Part shown: piece by piece, positions 12,045 to 22,284 of the stretch
How positions within the stretch are numbered: position 1 is the stretch's first letter
Layout of the letters: each line of letters begins with the position of its first letter
Assembly (NCBI GenBank): GCA_963705105.1
Contig: CAVPIW010000006.1
Span: 704,001 to 768,000, forward strand
Direction of reading: 5' to 3'
Length of the DNA: 64,000 bases
From: an uncultured Nitrospiraceae bacterium
Lineage (GTDB): Bacteria; Nitrospirota; Thermodesulfovibrionia; Thermodesulfovibrionales; Dissulfurispiraceae
Notes under the pieces: model-generated
What the model was told of the DNA's origin: nothing
Database searches by the model: none
What the model saw: the letters and a program-made list of their open reading frames with translations, nothing else
Translations under genes and position numbers: made by a program

Positions 12045-13715
12045 TCATTTCGGAGGTTGCCGCACAGATCCGTTATAAAAAACCTCGCATTTGCCGCCTT
12101 GAATAAAGAGTTTTGCCTTCCTGTAAAGCTTAGAGAGCGGGCCTGCAAGGGCCTCCATCGCGCTGACCGCGCCGACCCGGGGACTGCCGAAGGGACCGCT
12201 GATGCTTTGTTTGAATTTTGCGCATCCCCTGTCATCGAGAAGCGCCACTATGACATTGTCATATCGTTCGCCGACGAGATCGAGCTTGCCTTTAAGGGCA
12301 ACACGATTATGGGGCGTCGCAAGGGCACAGTCCGTAGCGTCCGCCACACCGCCCTTGATCTTCCAGTGGGAGAGAAACTGTGTGATGGCGCCCTGACCTC
12401 CCCGGGTCTGCCCGTAAAAGTCCCCATAGCGGTACCCCTTGAGCACAGCGGTGCCGAGAGGGCCGGCGATGAAGAATGCGCCGAGGTCGATGAGATTGAA
12501 CTCCTGGCTCGTTTCATACGATGAGAGGACCTTGTCGAGGTCCATCGTATGCATGACGAGATTGTCGCCGCGGAGAGAAACAGTACCATCCATGCCGCTC
12601 ATCAGATTGCGTCTCCCTTTTTCTTTCATCGTCAGAGAAGCATAAAGATCACCCTTCCCGCCGACAACCTTTTTTATGCCGAAGGACTCCTGAAATCTTT
12701 CGAAGTCCAGCTTCGATACCTTCAGGTTGATTTTATACACGGCATCGACTTCCGATTTGTCTGCCGTGGCATCTCCCTCACCCCTTGAACCGAAGATATC
12801 CATGGTAAGGGGTGCAAGGTGGATTACTCCCCTCTCCGCTTTTATCTGACTCCTGACATTGTCGATCTTGAGGTCCCCTTTCCGTACCTCCCTGCAATCC
12901 ATGTTTCCGGTGAATGCGATATTCCCTATTATTTTTCCTGTAATAGCCACGACCGAGAGATCCCTGATAGCCAGTTTGATTTCTTTCAACTCGGTCTTTT
13001 CACCCGCCTTCCAGCCAAAGTGGACGACTGCACCGATGGCAAGAGGTTCGAGATTGTATATCCCGCTGACCGCCCTTACGGAAGACTTGAGATTCTCTAA
13101 CCTATAGTCCTTTCGCAGCACCTCCCTGCAGTCGAAGATGCCCGTGAACGAGGCGGTCTTTACGATGTTCCCCGCTACCGAGAGCTCCTTGACAGCCAGA
13201 TTGAAATCCTTAAACTCCGTCTTTTCCCCCGTCTTCCTGTCGAAAAAGACAAGCACCCCCTTGGACAGCCTGAAATCATTCAAACTGAAGGCTGCCTCCG
13301 GCTGCCCGTTCGCCGGTGTCCTTTCCGTGCTTTCAAAATTATATCTCCCCTCGGCATCTTTCACGATCGTGACGGCAGGTTTCACAAGCTCGCACCTTGT
13401 GACTTTGAGTTGCTTCTTCAGCAGGGGCATCAACTCCACCCCCACCTTGAGGTTTTCGAGGGAAACGATTTCGCCTCCCTTGCCGGCGACGTGGACGTCC
13501 TTAGCCGATATGCCGAAGGGAAAGGAGGAGAGCCCCATCTTCCCGTTGATCCTGACGTCCAGGCCGGTTGCAGCGGCGGCAGCGGCCTCGATGCGGGGCC
13601 TGTAGGAATCTACGTTGAAGGTGAGGGCGAAAACGACGACGACCAGACCGAGGACTGCGGCGCCGCCGCCAAGGACAAAAAAAACTTTTTTCTTCTTCGC
13701 ATTCATCAGAGGCAT
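12045..13715 (-). CDS. AsmA family protein
   Basis: N-terminal TM anchor, YRPRIEAAAAAATGLDVRING, beta-rich body with AsmA-like C-terminus. Confidence 0.8.
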   Translation of the reverse strand: MPLMNAKKKKVFFVLGGGAAVLGLVVVVFALTFNVDSYRPRIEAAAAAATGLDVRINGKMGLSSFPFGISAKDVHVAGKGGEIVSLENLKVGVELMPLLKKQLKVTRCELVKPAVTIVKDAEGRYNFESTERTPANGQPEAAFSLNDFRLSKGVLVFFDRKTGEKTEFKDFNLAVKELSVAGNIVKTASFTGIFDCREVLRKDYRLENLKSSVRAVSGIYNLEPLAIGAVVHFGWKAGEKTELKEIKLAIRDLSVVAITGKIIGNIAFTGNMDCREVRKGDLKIDNVRSQIKAERGVIHLAPLTMDIFGSRGEGDATADKSEVDAVYKINLKVSKLDFERFQESFGIKKVVGGKGDLYASLTMKEKGRRNLMSGMDGTVSLRGDNLVMHTMDLDKVLSSYETSQEFNLIDLGAFFIAGPLGTAVLKGYRYGDFYGQTRGGQGAITQFLSHWKIKGGVADATDCALATPHNRVALKGKLDLVGERYDNVIVALLDDRGCAKFKQSISGPFGSPRVGAVSAMEALAGPLSKLYRKAKLFIQGGKCEVFYNGSVRQPPK

Positions 13716-13877
13716 ACTATGCTGACTGCCGACAAAAAAGTCGGACCCTTTCCGGGCATCTCAGCCTCCGTTCAATGTATGAGCTTCTAATGTAAGGGTA
13801 TCACACGATGGCGTACACGTCAAATGACCGCGGTATCTTCGCGCTGCCTTTCCAGAGGTCTCTGACAATCAGATCTA

Positions 13878-14268
13878 CCTTGCAGTTGCATGAAAAGGCG
13901 GGGCGAAGCACTCTGAAACAGTGTGAGTGTGAGTGTCAGTGAAAGGAATAGTTCTTATATCTACGCGGTCTCCGGGAAGGCAAATATGGTTCAAAGCCTT
14001 TCCAATGCGATGATGAGACGTCTCAAGGTGTTCAGCGCCTGTTGGCTGACGGGCATGTGCTATCGATAGACACGGCAAAGGGTTGTCTGGGGATGAATAA
14101 GGTATCTTAGCGGAAAGGCTTTTCACCACATCAGCCTTCCCGCCCGAGTGCTCCCTGCGTTGTTCCGACTGCCGATAATGACTCAATGACTCAATAACTT
14201 AATGACTTAGTGACTTTTTCAGTGGCACCTTCACCCCGCCTTTCCGGATGGCGTATGCAACGATAGGG
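13878..14268 (-). mobile_element. MITE copy with 4-bp TSD TCTA
   Basis: TCTA at 13874-77 and 14269-72; ends CCTTGCAGTTGCA / TGCAACGATAGGG; inverted relative to the 2387-2771 copy. Confidence 0.85.
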
Positions 14269-14296
14269 TCTATGACAGCGAAAAGGGGTAAAAAAG

Positions 14297-14325
14297 TTGA
14301 CAGTCTGCATTTTCTTTCATATATT
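14297..14325 (+). promoter_or_regulatory. Sigma70-type promoter for the sigma54 activator gene
   Basis: TTGACA-17 bp-TATATT. Confidence 0.55.
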
Positions 14326-14369
14326 TAGCTATGAGGGAATGGGTCTTTCCGCAACCAGGCACGACTGAC

Positions 14370-15998
14370 ATGAAATATAAGGACAAGACAAAAGAGGAAC
14401 TTATGAGTGAACTGGCAGAACTCCGTCACCGCATCGAGGATTTGGAGGCGGAAGCAACCAAACGCAGGACTGCCGAGGAGGCGCTGAAGGTATCGGAAAT
14501 CCGTTATCGGCGGCTCTTTGAAACTGCGCAAGACGGGATTGTTCTTCTCGATGCAGACACGGGACAGATACTCGACGTTAACCCGTTTCTGATAAGGATG
14601 CTTGGGTACTCACATGAGGATTTTCTGGGAAAAAAACTCTGGGAAATCGGTCCTTTCAGGGACATTGCAGCATCCAGACTCCTGTTTTCGGAATTGCAGA
14701 CGAAGGGGTATGTACGGTACGAACATTTGCCGCTCGAAACAAGAGACGGTCGTCTCATGGATGTCGAATTCGTCAGTAATGTCTATCTTGTTGACCATAG
14801 CAAAATTATCCAGTGTAACATCCGCGACATCTCTTTGCGGAAACAGGCAGAGGATGCGCTCCGGAAGGCATATGATGAGATGGACCTGCGCGTGAAGGAA
14901 CGGACTGAAGATTTGGTCGAAGCAAACCGGCAGCTCTTGCGGGAAGTAGAGGAACGCAAGAAGGCAGAGGAGTCACTCCGGGAAACGCTCAATGAAATCA
15001 GTGAGTTAAAAAGCAAATTGCATGAGGAGAACCTGTACCTTCTGGAAGAAATCAATCTGTTGCACTCACACAAGGAGATAGTAGGCAACAGTGAAGAGAT
15101 CAGGGCCGTTTTGAGGCAGATAGAACAGGTGGCGCCGACGGAATCGACGGTTTTGATCCAGGGAGCAACCGGCACCGGAAAGGAATTGCTCGCCCATGCA
15201 ATCCATAACCTGAGCGCCCGCAAAGGCCGGCTCATGATTAAGGTCAACTGTGCCGCCCTGCCGCCGACCCTCATCGAAAGTGAACTGTTCGGTCGCGAGA
15301 AAGGCGCTTTTACCGGCGCGCTGTCGAGGCAAATAGGCCGTTTTGAGCTTGCAGATGCTTCAACAATTTTTCTGGATGAGGTCGACACCTTGCCTCTGGA
15401 AGTGCAGGCCAAGCTGCTTCGGGTGCTGGAGAGCGGTGAGTTTGAGCGCCTGGGCAGCCCCCGGACCGTGAAGGTCGACATCAGAATCATTTCGGCGACG
15501 AACCGCGATCTTGCCGGGCTGGTCAGCGAGGGCAAGTTCCGGGAAGACCTTTATTACCGCTTGAACGTTTTTCGGATTACCGTTCCGCCCCTTCGGGAGC
15601 GCCGGGAGGACATACTGCCGCTCATGTGGTCTTTTGTGCAGGAATTCAGCAAGAGGATGGGGAAGCGGATCGAATCAATACCGCAGCAGGACGTTGAAGC
15701 CCTGCAAGCCTATCCCTGGCCGGGCAACGTAAGGGAACTGAGGAATGTGATCGAGCGTGCGATGATTATAACCTCCGGACCGAAGCTTCACGTGGAAGTA
15801 CCGAAGATTGCGGAGTCAAAGACGGACAAATGCAGCACCCTCGAAGAGGCGGAGAAACGGCACATTATCGAGGCCATGAACACCGCCGGATGGCGGGTAA
15901 GCGGCAAGGACGGTGCGGCAGAGATTTTAGGTCTTAACGCGAAGACACTCGAATCGAAGATGCAAAGGCTGGGCATCCAAAGAAGCAAGCCCCGTTAG
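14370..15998 (+). CDS. PAS-domain sigma54-dependent enhancer-binding protein (NtrC/FhlA family)
   Basis: PAS (RYRRLFETAQDGIVLLD), coiled coil, AAA+ GATGTGKELLA, GAFTGA, FLDEV, WPGNVREL, Fis-type HTH; start 14370 or 14331. Confidence 0.95.
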   Translation: MKYKDKTKEELMSELAELRHRIEDLEAEATKRRTAEEALKVSEIRYRRLFETAQDGIVLLDADTGQILDVNPFLIRMLGYSHEDFLGKKLWEIGPFRDIAASRLLFSELQTKGYVRYEHLPLETRDGRLMDVEFVSNVYLVDHSKIIQCNIRDISLRKQAEDALRKAYDEMDLRVKERTEDLVEANRQLLREVEERKKAEESLRETLNEISELKSKLHEENLYLLEEINLLHSHKEIVGNSEEIRAVLRQIEQVAPTESTVLIQGATGTGKELLAHAIHNLSARKGRLMIKVNCAALPPTLIESELFGREKGAFTGALSRQIGRFELADASTIFLDEVDTLPLEVQAKLLRVLESGEFERLGSPRTVKVDIRIISATNRDLAGLVSEGKFREDLYYRLNVFRITVPPLRERREDILPLMWSFVQEFSKRMGKRIESIPQQDVEALQAYPWPGNVRELRNVIERAMIITSGPKLHVEVPKIAESKTDKCSTLEEAEKRHIIEAMNTAGWRVSGKDGAAEILGLNAKTLESKMQRLGIQRSKPR

Positions 15999-16033
15999 AG
16001 ACCAGCGGTCTCCCACGGGGTGAGAAGAATTTC

Positions 16034-16181
16034 CCGACATATCAGGAGACTCCTGATATATCAGAAACCGGCATCCGGTCACAACACCAATCTCTCATCG
16101 TCGTCTTCCCCTGACATCTCAATGTTTTCAACATTTCAGAGCATTCTGTCCCGGCAACACAGTCCTGGCATACATTCTGCT
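16034..16181 (+). promoter_or_regulatory. Tandem palindromic UAS plus sigma54 promoter, copy 1
   Basis: CCGACATATCAG-GAGACTC-CTGATATATCAG (16034-16064); TGGCATACATTCTGCT (GG-N10-GC) at 16166-16181. Confidence 0.8.
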
Positions 16182-16264
16182 TTTTTATTACCGTAACGGG
16201 TTCTCTTCTGATACGGTGAAGGCGTCAACCGGAGAGGTCCGATGTCGGAATCCGAGGAGGGCGG

Positions 16265-16615
16265 GTGGACGCGAAAATAAAGATACTTGTGATACTAAGG
16301 ATGATTGTCCGGCCCGATAGGCGGAGTGATTTTTTGGAAACGATGCGGGGGATGCTCGAACCCGTGCGGGTCGAAAGGGGCTGCCTGAGTTACCGTCTCT
16401 ATGAAGACGTGGAAGACGGAAATGCCTTCGTCCTGGTGGAGGAATGGGAGACACAGAAAGATCTTGAGCGCCACATCGGTACGGAGAATCAGCAGCGGCT
16501 GCTCACGCTCATGGATCTTCTGAGCGAGCAACCTGAATTGCGGTTCAACACTGTGTCGCACACGGCGGGTATGGAGCTCATAGGAGATGTCCTCAAGGCA
16601 TGTGGACCGGGATGA
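16265..16615 (+). CDS. Antibiotic biosynthesis monooxygenase (ABM/YgiN-like) domain protein
   Basis: VRVERGCLSYRLYED..FVLVEEWET..LERH pattern; GAGGAG RBS before GTG. Confidence 0.85.
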   Translation: MDAKIKILVILRMIVRPDRRSDFLETMRGMLEPVRVERGCLSYRLYEDVEDGNAFVLVEEWETQKDLERHIGTENQQRLLTLMDLLSEQPELRFNTVSHTAGMELIGDVLKACGPG

Positions 16616-16689
16616 GATGGGGAAGGACATGCTGCAGGGGTTGATGTACGCACGTGAGGCATGAGGTCGTAGAACAAAAGGAGGTTACT

Positions 16690-16839
16690 ATGCTCTGGAC
16701 GATCTTTGTGATACTTTTAGTGCTTTGGATGTTGGGGCTGGTGAGCGGTTACACGATCGGCGGATTCATTCATATCCTGCTGGTCATTGCTGTTATCGTG
16801 GTGCTGATCAGAATCATCCAGGGGCGAAGACCTGTGTAA
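16690..16839 (+). CDS. lmo0937-family small membrane protein, copy 1
   Basis: MLWTIFVILLVLWMLGLVSGYTIGGFIHILLVIA; AGGAGG RBS. Confidence 0.9.
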   Translation: MLWTIFVILLVLWMLGLVSGYTIGGFIHILLVIAVIVVLIRIIQGRRPV

Positions 16840-16901
16840 ATGATTTCCATGTATTAACCCTGCAATCATCTGATTGCGCAACGAAAGACAGGAGGAGAGA
16901 A

Positions 16902-17216
16902 ATGAAGAAGGTTATTTTGTTGTCAGTGTTAGCGGTTTTCGGATTGGCCTTGTTTTCGGGCTGCGCCTCTATGACGGGCAGAACGACAGGCGAGTATATC
17001 GATGACTCAAACATTACCACGGAAGCGAATGCGATAATCGTCAAGGACCCGGACGCCCAGTATATGAAGATCGATGTCTCCTCTACGGCCGGAAATGTCG
17101 TTCTCGCCGGTTTCATACATGACAAGAAGGCTGAGGAGCGTATCGTAGCACAGATCAGGCAGATCAAGGGCGTGAAATCCGTGAAGAGCAACTTGAAGGT
17201 GGAAGCGAAGAAGTAG
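16902..17216 (+). CDS. BON-domain (OsmY-like) lipoprotein, copy 1
   Basis: Lipobox FSGC, TTGEYIDDSNIT, VVLAGF, IKGVKSVKSNL; GGAGG RBS. Confidence 0.9.
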   Translation: MKKVILLSVLAVFGLALFSGCASMTGRTTGEYIDDSNITTEANAIIVKDPDAQYMKIDVSSTAGNVVLAGFIHDKKAEERIVAQIRQIKGVKSVKSNLKVEAKK

Positions 17217-17372
17217 GCGGACAAAAGGGGGGGCATTCCGTGAAAGCACTCCTCATGTATCCTGAATCCGCGGGGTGCCCCTTCAAGTGCTGGTTTTATA
17301 ACCTCATACTGCCCTGTGGAGAGGGGAAAGCATCCCTTCTCCTTCAACGCGCAGCCTGAAAGGAGAAATGCT

Positions 17373-17564
17373 ATGCCCCTGATTCAATTAGTGATTGTTT
17401 TGGTTGTCGTCGGGGTGGTCCTATGGGTGATTAACAGCTACATACCGATGCAATCTACCATAAAGAAAATTTTAAATGTGGTCGTGGTTATTGCAGTGAT
17501 TGTCTGGCTATTGAGCGTCTTCGGACTCATAGGAAACCTCTCAACAATCCGTATCGGGAAGTGA
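17373..17564 (+). CDS. Small two-TM membrane protein (Thivi_2564-like)
   Basis: MPLIQLVIVLVVVGVVLWVINSYIPMQSTIKKILNVVVVIAVIVWLL; AGGAG RBS. Confidence 0.8.
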   Translation: MPLIQLVIVLVVVGVVLWVINSYIPMQSTIKKILNVVVVIAVIVWLLSVFGLIGNLSTIRIGK

Positions 17565-17565
17565 A

Positions 17566-17776
17566 CCTTATCGTTGCAATACACTCCCGGGAAAGGCGGG
17601 GGTATGCGCCGAAAACCTTGATGCGGCGACACCTGTATCAAAACGAGAGATGAACTATATGCCAATGGTCGATGACACAAAGAGTGGAATCCTGAAACAC
17701 GAAGCTGACGAGGCGTATCGTCGCCTTCAGCAAGGCTTTGAGGCGCTTCCCCCCGCCTTTTCATGCAACAGAAAGG
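17566..17776 (+). mobile_element. MITE copy with 4-bp TSD TGAA
   Basis: TGAA at 17562-65 (includes the upstream stop codon) and 17777-80. Confidence 0.85.
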
Positions 17777-17828
17777 TGAAGAGTCCGACAATACGCTCGA
17801 TCGCACAAAACGCAACAAGGGGAAAATC

Positions 17829-19706
17829 ATGAACCTGCAACGACGATATCCGATCGGCGCCGAGTTGCAGCCGAACGGGGGCGTCCATTTTCGCGTCTGG
17901 GCGCCTCGACCGAAGAAATTGGAAGTGGTGCTGGAGGCTGGTCCCGGAGCGCCGGCGACGGTACGACTGAAACAGCAGGCGGACGGATACTTTGCGGGCC
18001 TGGTCCCGCAGGCCGCTGAGGGCACCCGATATCGCTTCCGGCTGGATGACGCCGGCTGTTTTCCTGACCCGGCGTCCCGGTATCAGCCGGACGGGCCCCT
18101 CGGAGCGTCTCAGGTGGTGGATCCTTCGGGTTTCGGCTGGAACGACAGCGGGTGGCAGGGCGCCGGCCTGGCGGGCCAGGTCATTTACGAAATGCACATC
18201 GGGACCTTCACGCAAGAAGGGACATGGTTGGCAGCTCAGCGGGAATTCGCAGAGTTGGCTGACTGCGGCATCACCCTGCTCGAAGTAATGCCTGTGGCTG
18301 ATTTTCCCGGCCGTTTCGGATGGGGCTACGACGGAGTCGGGCAGTTCGCTCCGGTCCGGCTGTATGGCGAGCCGGACGATTTCCGCCGTTTCGTGGATGA
18401 GGCTCATCGCGCCGGCCTGGGGGTGATACTCGACGTGGTATATAACCATTTCGGCCCGGACGGGAATTACATGAGCGAGTTTTCGCCCGACTATTTCACC
18501 GACAAGTACAAGGGTGAGTGGGGTGAGCCCGTCAACTTCGATGGCGGAAAGGCAGGTCCGGTGCGCGAATTCTTCCTCACAAACGCCGCTTACTGGATCG
18601 AGGAGTTCCACATCGACGGACTGAGGCTGGACGCCACACAGCATTTTTTCGACGCCTCGCCGGAAAACATCATGGCAGCCATCGGAAATTGCGTGCGGGA
18701 AGCGGCGCGAGGACGAAAGACGATCATCGTGGCGGAGAACGAGCCACAACTCACGAATCTGGTGCGTCCGACCGAGAGCGGCGGCTACGGGCTGGACGCT
18801 CTGTGGAACGACGACTTCCATCACAGCGCCATAGTCGCGATGACGGGGCGCAACGAAGCGTACTACGTCGACTACCTGGGCAAGCCGCAGGAGTTCATAT
18901 CGATGGTAAAGTACGGCTTTCTCTACCAGGGACAGCGATACATATGGAATAAGCAGCGCCGCGGCATACCCGGTCTCAGGCTGGCGCCGGCGAAATTCAT
19001 AACGTATATTCAGAATCACGACCAGATCGCCAATTCCGGCCGTGGCGAACGTGTGCAATTCATGACCAGCCCCGGGCGGCTGAGGGCGATGACCGCGCTC
19101 ATGCTGCTCGCGCCTGGAACCCCCATGCTCTTTCAAGGGCAGGAGTTCGCCTCGTCAAGCCCGTTCTATTATTTTGCGGACCACAAGCCTGATCTCGCCA
19201 GGCTGGTGGAGGAGGGGCGAGCGAAGTCTCTGGCGCGATTCCGTAGTCTGGCCACGGGCGAGATGCTGCCATACCTGGCCGACCCGGCGAATCCCTCTAC
19301 ATTCGAGCGGTGCAAGCTTGATTTCAGCGAGCGCGAACGCAACCGGCACATGTACGATTTGCATAAGGACCTGCTGCGTTTGCGCCGCGAAGATCCCGTC
19401 TTCAGCGCACAGAAGCCGGGCGGCGTCGATGGGGCCGTACTCGCCGACGAGTGCCTGATGCTGCGTTATTTCGGCGAGGCGGGTGACGACCGCCTGCTGC
19501 TGGTGAACTTCGGACGTGATCTGCATCTGGACCCCGCGCCGGAGCCGCTGCTCGCACCGCCGGACGGAATGATGTGGCAGACACTGTGGTCGAGCGAGGA
19601 TCCCCGGTACGGCGGCAGCGGTACACCCCCGCTCGATTCCGAAGACAACTGGCGCATACCGGGGCATGCCGCCGTAGCCGTGTATCCAACGGAGAGGGGC
19701 GAGTAA
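17829..19706 (+). CDS. treZ: Malto-oligosyltrehalose trehalohydrolase (GH13)
   Basis: FRVWAP, PDPASRYQPDG, YEMHIGTFT, WGYDGV, LDVVYNHFGPDGNY, DGLRLDAT, QNHDQIAN, PMLFQGQE. Confidence 0.95.
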   Translation: MNLQRRYPIGAELQPNGGVHFRVWAPRPKKLEVVLEAGPGAPATVRLKQQADGYFAGLVPQAAEGTRYRFRLDDAGCFPDPASRYQPDGPLGASQVVDPSGFGWNDSGWQGAGLAGQVIYEMHIGTFTQEGTWLAAQREFAELADCGITLLEVMPVADFPGRFGWGYDGVGQFAPVRLYGEPDDFRRFVDEAHRAGLGVILDVVYNHFGPDGNYMSEFSPDYFTDKYKGEWGEPVNFDGGKAGPVREFFLTNAAYWIEEFHIDGLRLDATQHFFDASPENIMAAIGNCVREAARGRKTIIVAENEPQLTNLVRPTESGGYGLDALWNDDFHHSAIVAMTGRNEAYYVDYLGKPQEFISMVKYGFLYQGQRYIWNKQRRGIPGLRLAPAKFITYIQNHDQIANSGRGERVQFMTSPGRLRAMTALMLLAPGTPMLFQGQEFASSSPFYYFADHKPDLARLVEEGRAKSLARFRSLATGEMLPYLADPANPSTFERCKLDFSERERNRHMYDLHKDLLRLRREDPVFSAQKPGGVDGAVLADECLMLRYFGEAGDDRLLLVNFGRDLHLDPAPEPLLAPPDGMMWQTLWSSEDPRYGGSGTPPLDSEDNWRIPGHAAVAVYPTERGE

Positions 19707-19742
19707 AGCCATGGCTGACCTGATTCGAGTACCGCACCATAA

Positions 19743-19788
19743 CCTAATTGTTGCACGGACCGTCCCGCCTCTTCATGCAACTGCAAGG
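19743..19788 (+). mobile_element. Minimal 46-bp MITE (ends only) with TSD ATAA
   Basis: CCTAATTGTTGCA...CCCGCCTCTTCATGCAACTGCAAGG flanked by ATAA at 19739-42 and 19789-92. Confidence 0.75.
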
Positions 19789-19812
19789 ATAATGCAAAAA
19801 GGAGTCTAACTG

Positions 19813-22266
19813 ATGAACCGATTTGTTTGTATCCATGGGCACTTTTATCAACCTCCCCGGGAAAGCCCCTGGCTGGAGGCCATTGAGATCCAGGATTCGG
19901 CATTCCCCTACCACGACTGGAACGAGAGGATCACCGGAGAATGCTATGCGGCCAACGCCGTGTCGAGGATCTGGGATACGGAAGGACGAATCGCCCAACT
20001 GGTGAACAATTATGCCAGTATAAGCTTCAACTTCGGTCCGACTGTCTTGCTCTGGATGCAGCATTACGCCACCGAAGCCTATGAGGCAATTTTAGAGGGC
20101 GACCGGCAGAGCCTGGAAAAATTCTCCGGTCATGGAAATGCCTTGGCCCAAGCCTACAATCACATGATCCTGCCGCTGGCCAGCAGCCGCGACAAGAACA
20201 CCCAGATTATCTGGGGAATAAAAGATTTTGAATATCGCTTTGGACGCAAGCCGGAAGGGTTGTGGCTCCCGGAGACGGCGGTAGACCTGGAAACCCTGGA
20301 CCTCATGGCACAACACGGCATTGGCTTTGCCATACTTGCCCCCAGGCAGGCAAGCCGGGTTCGGCCCATTGATGGTAAGGAATGGCAGGACGTGAGTGGT
20401 GGAAGAATCTATCCTGCCTTAGCCTACAGGGTGTCGCTGCCGTCGGGCCGCACCATGAGCCTGTTCTTTTACGACGGTCCCATTGCCCAGGCCCTGGCAT
20501 TTGAAGGATTGCTCGACAACGGCGAGGCATTCGCCAACCGGCTGCTGTCCGCCTTCGCCGACGACTCTCCTCGCCTGGTCCACATTGCCACGGATGGCGA
20601 AAGCTATGGGCATCATCATCGCAACGGCGACATGGCCCTGGCGCACGCCCTCCATTACATTGAGTCCAACGGACTGGCGCAGGTGACGAATTATGGCCGG
20701 TACCTGGAGGATCATCCACCGGCTTTCGAAGTGGAGATCTTTGAAAACAGCTCGTGGAGCTGCGAGCACGGCATCGAACGTTGGAGGTCCGATTGCGGGT
20801 GCAACAGCGGCGGCCACCCGGGTTGGAACCAGGGTTGGCGGGCCCCCCTGCGTGCGGCCCTGGACTGGCTCCGAGATGCGGTGAATCCGGCTTTTGAACA
20901 AGTGGCCGGACAGTTTCTGACCGATCCCTGGGCGGCCCGCGACGACTACATCGACATCATCGTGGATCGATCACCCGAGCGCATCAGTGCGTTTATGACC
21001 CGTCACGCAACCCGTCCCTTAAACTCCGGGGACGAGATCACGGTCCTGAAACTCATGGAACTCCAGCGCCACTTAATGCTCATATACACCAGTTGCGGTT
21101 GGTTTTTTGACGAGCTTTCCGGGCTTGAGACGGTTCAGAACATCAAATATGCCGGCAGAGTGCTGCAGTTGGCCGACCAGCTTTTCAGCGACTCCTTCGA
21201 ACCCGCCTTTCTCGAACACCTTGAACTGGCAAAGAGCAACATATCTGAATACCGTGACGGCCGCACCATATATGAGAAATTGGTCAGGCCTGCCATGCTC
21301 GACATGAAAGACGTGGGCGCCCACTATGCCTTAAGCTCACTCTTTCAGGACGCCGGCGAAGGCGGCTCGATCTATGCGTATTCCGCCACCCGGGAGGACT
21401 ACCGCAGTTTTCAGGTCGGAGTCTCAAGGCTGGTGATCGGGCGGGCCACGGTCACTTCAGAGGTTACGCGCGTATCCTCCAGCTTGTGCTTTGGCGTTCT
21501 GCATCTTGGTGATCACAGTATCGCCTGCGGCACCGGTGAATATCAGGGCGCGCAAAAATATGAAGCGCTGGCCGAAGAGATATCAGCGGCTTTCGCCGGG
21601 GCCGACTTCCCGAAGACCATACTTCTGCTGGGTAAATACTTCGGGACGTCTACGTACTCTCTGACCTCGTTGTTTGCCGATGAGCGGCGCAGAGTCCTGA
21701 GCATCATCATGGAGCCGACTCTGAGAGAGGCCGAAGCTGCCTATAGCTCGATTTATGAGCACCATGCTCCCTTGATCCGTTTTCTGACCGGGTCCGGCAT
21801 GCCACGGCCCCCGGTCCTGTCGGTCGCCGCGGACTTGTGCCTGAATGCCAAGCTTCGCGGGGTGGTTCAAGGGGACGGACTCGACCCCGAAGTCGTCAGA
21901 CCTCTTATGGAAGAAGCCCGTTTGGCCGGCGCAACTCTGAACGCGGCTGCTCTGGGCCTGTTACTGGCCGTCAACCTTGAACGTCTGGCCGAACAACTTT
22001 CCGAGCAGCCTGACGACCTGACTCGCCTGGAGAGGCTGAATAAGGCTGCACAACTGGTCCGGACCCTGCCGTTCGGGGTTAATCTCTGGAAAACTCAGAA
22101 TATCTGCTACAAGCTCCTTCACGCCCATTGTCACGATTTCAAGGAGAAGGCCGGCCAGGGCGATCAAAACGCGCAGGAATGGCTGCGCCAGTACACGGTC
22201 CTGGCAGAGAATTTTTTGCTGCGGGTGCCCACATGCCCTGAAAACGGCAAAGCTGCAAATGGATAG
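19813..22266 (+). CDS. GH57-family glycoside hydrolase with DUF3536-type C-terminus
   Basis: IHGHFYQPPRE, YNHMILPL, GLWLPETAVD, ATDGESYGHH, YTSCGWFFDE. Confidence 0.9.
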   Translation: MNRFVCIHGHFYQPPRESPWLEAIEIQDSAFPYHDWNERITGECYAANAVSRIWDTEGRIAQLVNNYASISFNFGPTVLLWMQHYATEAYEAILEGDRQSLEKFSGHGNALAQAYNHMILPLASSRDKNTQIIWGIKDFEYRFGRKPEGLWLPETAVDLETLDLMAQHGIGFAILAPRQASRVRPIDGKEWQDVSGGRIYPALAYRVSLPSGRTMSLFFYDGPIAQALAFEGLLDNGEAFANRLLSAFADDSPRLVHIATDGESYGHHHRNGDMALAHALHYIESNGLAQVTNYGRYLEDHPPAFEVEIFENSSWSCEHGIERWRSDCGCNSGGHPGWNQGWRAPLRAALDWLRDAVNPAFEQVAGQFLTDPWAARDDYIDIIVDRSPERISAFMTRHATRPLNSGDEITVLKLMELQRHLMLIYTSCGWFFDELSGLETVQNIKYAGRVLQLADQLFSDSFEPAFLEHLELAKSNISEYRDGRTIYEKLVRPAMLDMKDVGAHYALSSLFQDAGEGGSIYAYSATREDYRSFQVGVSRLVIGRATVTSEVTRVSSSLCFGVLHLGDHSIACGTGEYQGAQKYEALAEEISAAFAGADFPKTILLLGKYFGTSTYSLTSLFADERRRVLSIIMEPTLREAEAAYSSIYEHHAPLIRFLTGSGMPRPPVLSVAADLCLNAKLRGVVQGDGLDPEVVRPLMEEARLAGATLNAAALGLLLAVNLERLAEQLSEQPDDLTRLERLNKAAQLVRTLPFGVNLWKTQNICYKLLHAHCHDFKEKAGQGDQNAQEWLRQYTVLAENFLLRVPTCPENGKAANG

Positions 22267-22284
22267 AAGACGGGGAAGTCTCTC

